Below, in pieces: positions 61,270 through 64,000 of a DNA stretch of 64,000 nucleotides. How positions within the stretch are numbered: position 1 is the first letter of the stretch; every line of letters starts with the position of its first letter. The notes beneath the pieces are model-generated. The model was given only the letters and a program-made list of their open reading frames with translations, had not been told where the DNA came from and searched no databases. The translations under genes were made by a program, and so were the position numbers. The DNA is from Octopus sinensis (lineage: Eukaryota), in contig NC_042999.1 of NCBI RefSeq assembly GCF_006345805.1, forward strand, positions 95,232,001 to 95,296,000, in the 5' to 3' direction.

Positions 61270-63990
61270 CTTTCAGGTGCAGAGAACAAGCCTTGAGGAT
61301 ACCACCAGAAACTCAGTGTCACAACTATCAATGCTAGCACATTGAAAGGTAGATCTGGTGAGACTATGAAAATATTAGAGTAAGTAGCTGCATGTAAGAG
61401 ATCAAATGGTGACAACCTTCAGTCAGACTCCTCATAAATCATGAGCACAGGTACAAACAAGATGAAGACAAATATCCATCAAATGTAAATAATGGACAGC
61501 AACATTGTTTGCTTGGCTGGTAATTTCAATAGACATGTTGGGCAGAACCATGATGGCAACACTAGATTATATGGCAGTTATGGTTATGGTTCTCAGAATG
61601 AGGTGGGATCATGAATTCTAGAGTTTTGTGACAGAAATAAATGAGCCACTTGACCACTTTCAAATCAGATGAACAAGCAAACCAGACAAATTTCATCCTC
61701 AGTAGGGATCTGGAAAATGGTTATAAATACCAAATCCTTCTTCAGGGAAATATGTACAACCCATCATAGGTTACTCTTTAGTGACTTGAAAATAACAGTC
61801 GAATAGACTGCGAAATGAAAAACATTCTGGGGTAGGAAGATGTGGAAACTGAAATACTCTTCAACCAAATATATGTTAAAGGCTGTTCTAGAGGACATAT
61901 GAAATGAAAGGGAGGAGAAAATGGAAATCTATAACATACAGGACAAATGGAAATTTTTATGATGCCATCTTCCGCAAGCTACAAACCATTCTTGTAGCTG
62001 GAGCCAGTTAGCAGCTAGACATAAAATAACATGATAGTAAACAGAGCAATAAAAGTTAAAAGACAAGCAGGCATGGAATGAATCAAAGAATGGGACAGCA
62101 AAGAACTAAATCACATAGCAAAGCAGGAAGTTAGATGACAAGAGTAGGTACGTTAAAGAGAAATAGAAAGCAGGAAATTTGCTAGTGTTCTGCAACAAGG
62201 AGATTAGAGGCGTGAGGTACTTTGGATTGCAAAGTAATATACCTGAATAAATTAAGGTTAGTTGAGGAAAAGTGCTTTTCAAACAATAGTAGTACACTTA
62301 ATCTCATAAATAAGAGTCTTGGAAATATTATGAGAAGCTTCTCAATCTGGAAAAACATATACAGAAAGATAAGCTACTGAAGTGGATAGTTATATGATCA
62401 AAATGATCATTAACAATAGGAAGGTGAGGAAAGCAGTGAATTTATCCAGTATATTTGCTGTCTAGTGAAGTATGCTCAGAGTTAGTTCCATAATCAACCA
62501 GGAAATACAAGGAGGTATCACATTCAAAGAATGGTGCAGCAGTATAATCAACTGTTATACAAGCAAAGGAGATGATTTGCAAAGAAGCAATTGCAGAGAC
62601 ATCAGACTAAAGGACCAAGTTACGAAAGTAATGGAAAGAGTATTAGAGCAATTAATTAGTAAGGGAATAAGCTTAGATGAGATGCAGCTTGAACTTGGGC
62701 CAAGCTGTAGTACTACTGATATTTTTTCAGAGTGTTACAACTGCAGTAGGAATTTTTAACTGAGAAGAAACGTCTCTACCAAGCAGTTTGTTTGGAGAAG
62801 ACCTTTAGCAGGGAATCTCAATCTGAAGTCCAGTAGTCTTTAAGAAAACTAATTGTAGACAAATGGCTTTTCATAGTGATACAAACCATGTAGTGGAATG
62901 TGGTCAGCAAAATGAGTGTTGGCAATGAATTTAGCAATGAATTTAGCATGCAAGTAGATGTTCACTAAGGCTTGGTTCTCACCACCTTCATTAAATTACT
63001 CCAAGTAGTGTCATTTTAGATTCCATAGGAACTTCTATTTGTTGCTATAATTAGTTCTTAGCATAGAATCTGTAAAAGACTTAAAGAAGAAATTCCAAAT
63101 GTGCAAGCAAAATCTAAAGTCAAAAGACTCCATGGAAACTTGGCAAATACCAAATGCTTTAAGGAGTAGAAAAGAGAACAAGGCACTTCTGCCATCAGGG
63201 AAATGGCTGTACTTGACATGCAGAAAAGGAGTAGGAAGGTTCTCCATGCAGTATACATGATGTGAGCTATGGGTGCACATTACATGTACTAGGATCAGAG
63301 GAAGCTGATAAAAAATAAGGATTTTGTATGTGGGATACATACAGGAGTAGTTATAGCACTACTAAAATAACTTCTTTTTAATGTTTGGAAGCTCTACAGA
63401 AGTGGTTGCATTCCATCTGTCACTTGGGCAACCTATTCAGCAGTGAAAGAGGGTGCTCTGAAAACATGGTAGCCAGAATAAGGACAGACTGAAACAAGTT
63501 CAAAAGCCATTACATCTATTGGCATCAAAGGGATTCTCTCTTCAGGTAGAGCAAGAATTGTATATTGATTATGTACAAAATGCAATACTGTGATGCACAA
63601 TAGTGTGACAGGGAAACTGAATGCAGAAGATATATAAAGGTTGAAGAGAAATGAAGCCAGTATGTTCTGTTGGATGTGTAATGCTGGTATGCATGAATAA
63701 TGGGGAACAGTTGAAGTGTGAAATAAAATAGGTGTAAGAGAAATTGGTTGTTGTATGCAGGAATGAAGGTTGCATTGGTATGGATGTGTAAAACACATAA
63801 AGGATACCAGAGAGGCAAAGAAGTACCCAGATAGTGACATAGATAGAACTGGAGAAGACCAAAGAAGATAGGGACTGAATTGGTAAAAGCTGATTTCAAA
63901 TTCTGAATCTCACACAAGAAATGATAAAAGAGTGTAACAAATAGTGAGATGTATTGAAAAGGGCCTGTCTAACCCAGCAAGCATAGGAAA
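61270..63990 (+). mobile_element. old, near full-length RTE LINE relic (APE through RT C-terminus)
   Basis: TINASTLKGRSGE (APE start), GNFNRHVG, DQVTKVMERVL, DEMQ....STTD, CLTCRKGVGR, C-terminal LHWYG-like segment. Many stops and deletions. Confidence 0.78.
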
Positions 63991-64000
63991 GCTAATGGGA

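Overview
AT-rich eukaryotic DNA made almost entirely of microsatellites and transposable-element debris. I found no host protein-coding exon, rRNA, tRNA gene or CRISPR array. From memory the SINE/RTE repertoire matches octopod cephalopod (Octopus-like) genomes; this is inference and no search was run. Contents: (i) huge (TA)n-type arrays, including a ~3.4 kb GTAC-interrupted array at 24042-27412; (ii) LINEs: a near-complete CR1 ORF2, many RTE fragments, R4/Dong-like relics and two Tx1/L1-like fragments; (iii) several Penelope-like elements (PLEs) with GIY-YIG relics; (iv) Tc1/mariner relics of three catalytic spacings (DD34D, DD37D, DD41D), a Helitron-like element and a fold-back MITE; (v) at least three tRNA-derived SINE types. 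The most interesting signal is a set of minimal type-I hammerhead ribozyme motifs tied to PLE ends and to short (TA)n-flanked mini-elements, mostly with a palindromic, loop-less helix III. One has a fully compensated U3:A8 core (32901-32947, minus). A covarying 3' stem-loop is also shared by two CR1 subfamilies and a SINE. Most ORFs in the supplied track are microsatellite artefacts. Element ends are approximate unless a TIR, tail or junction is quoted.
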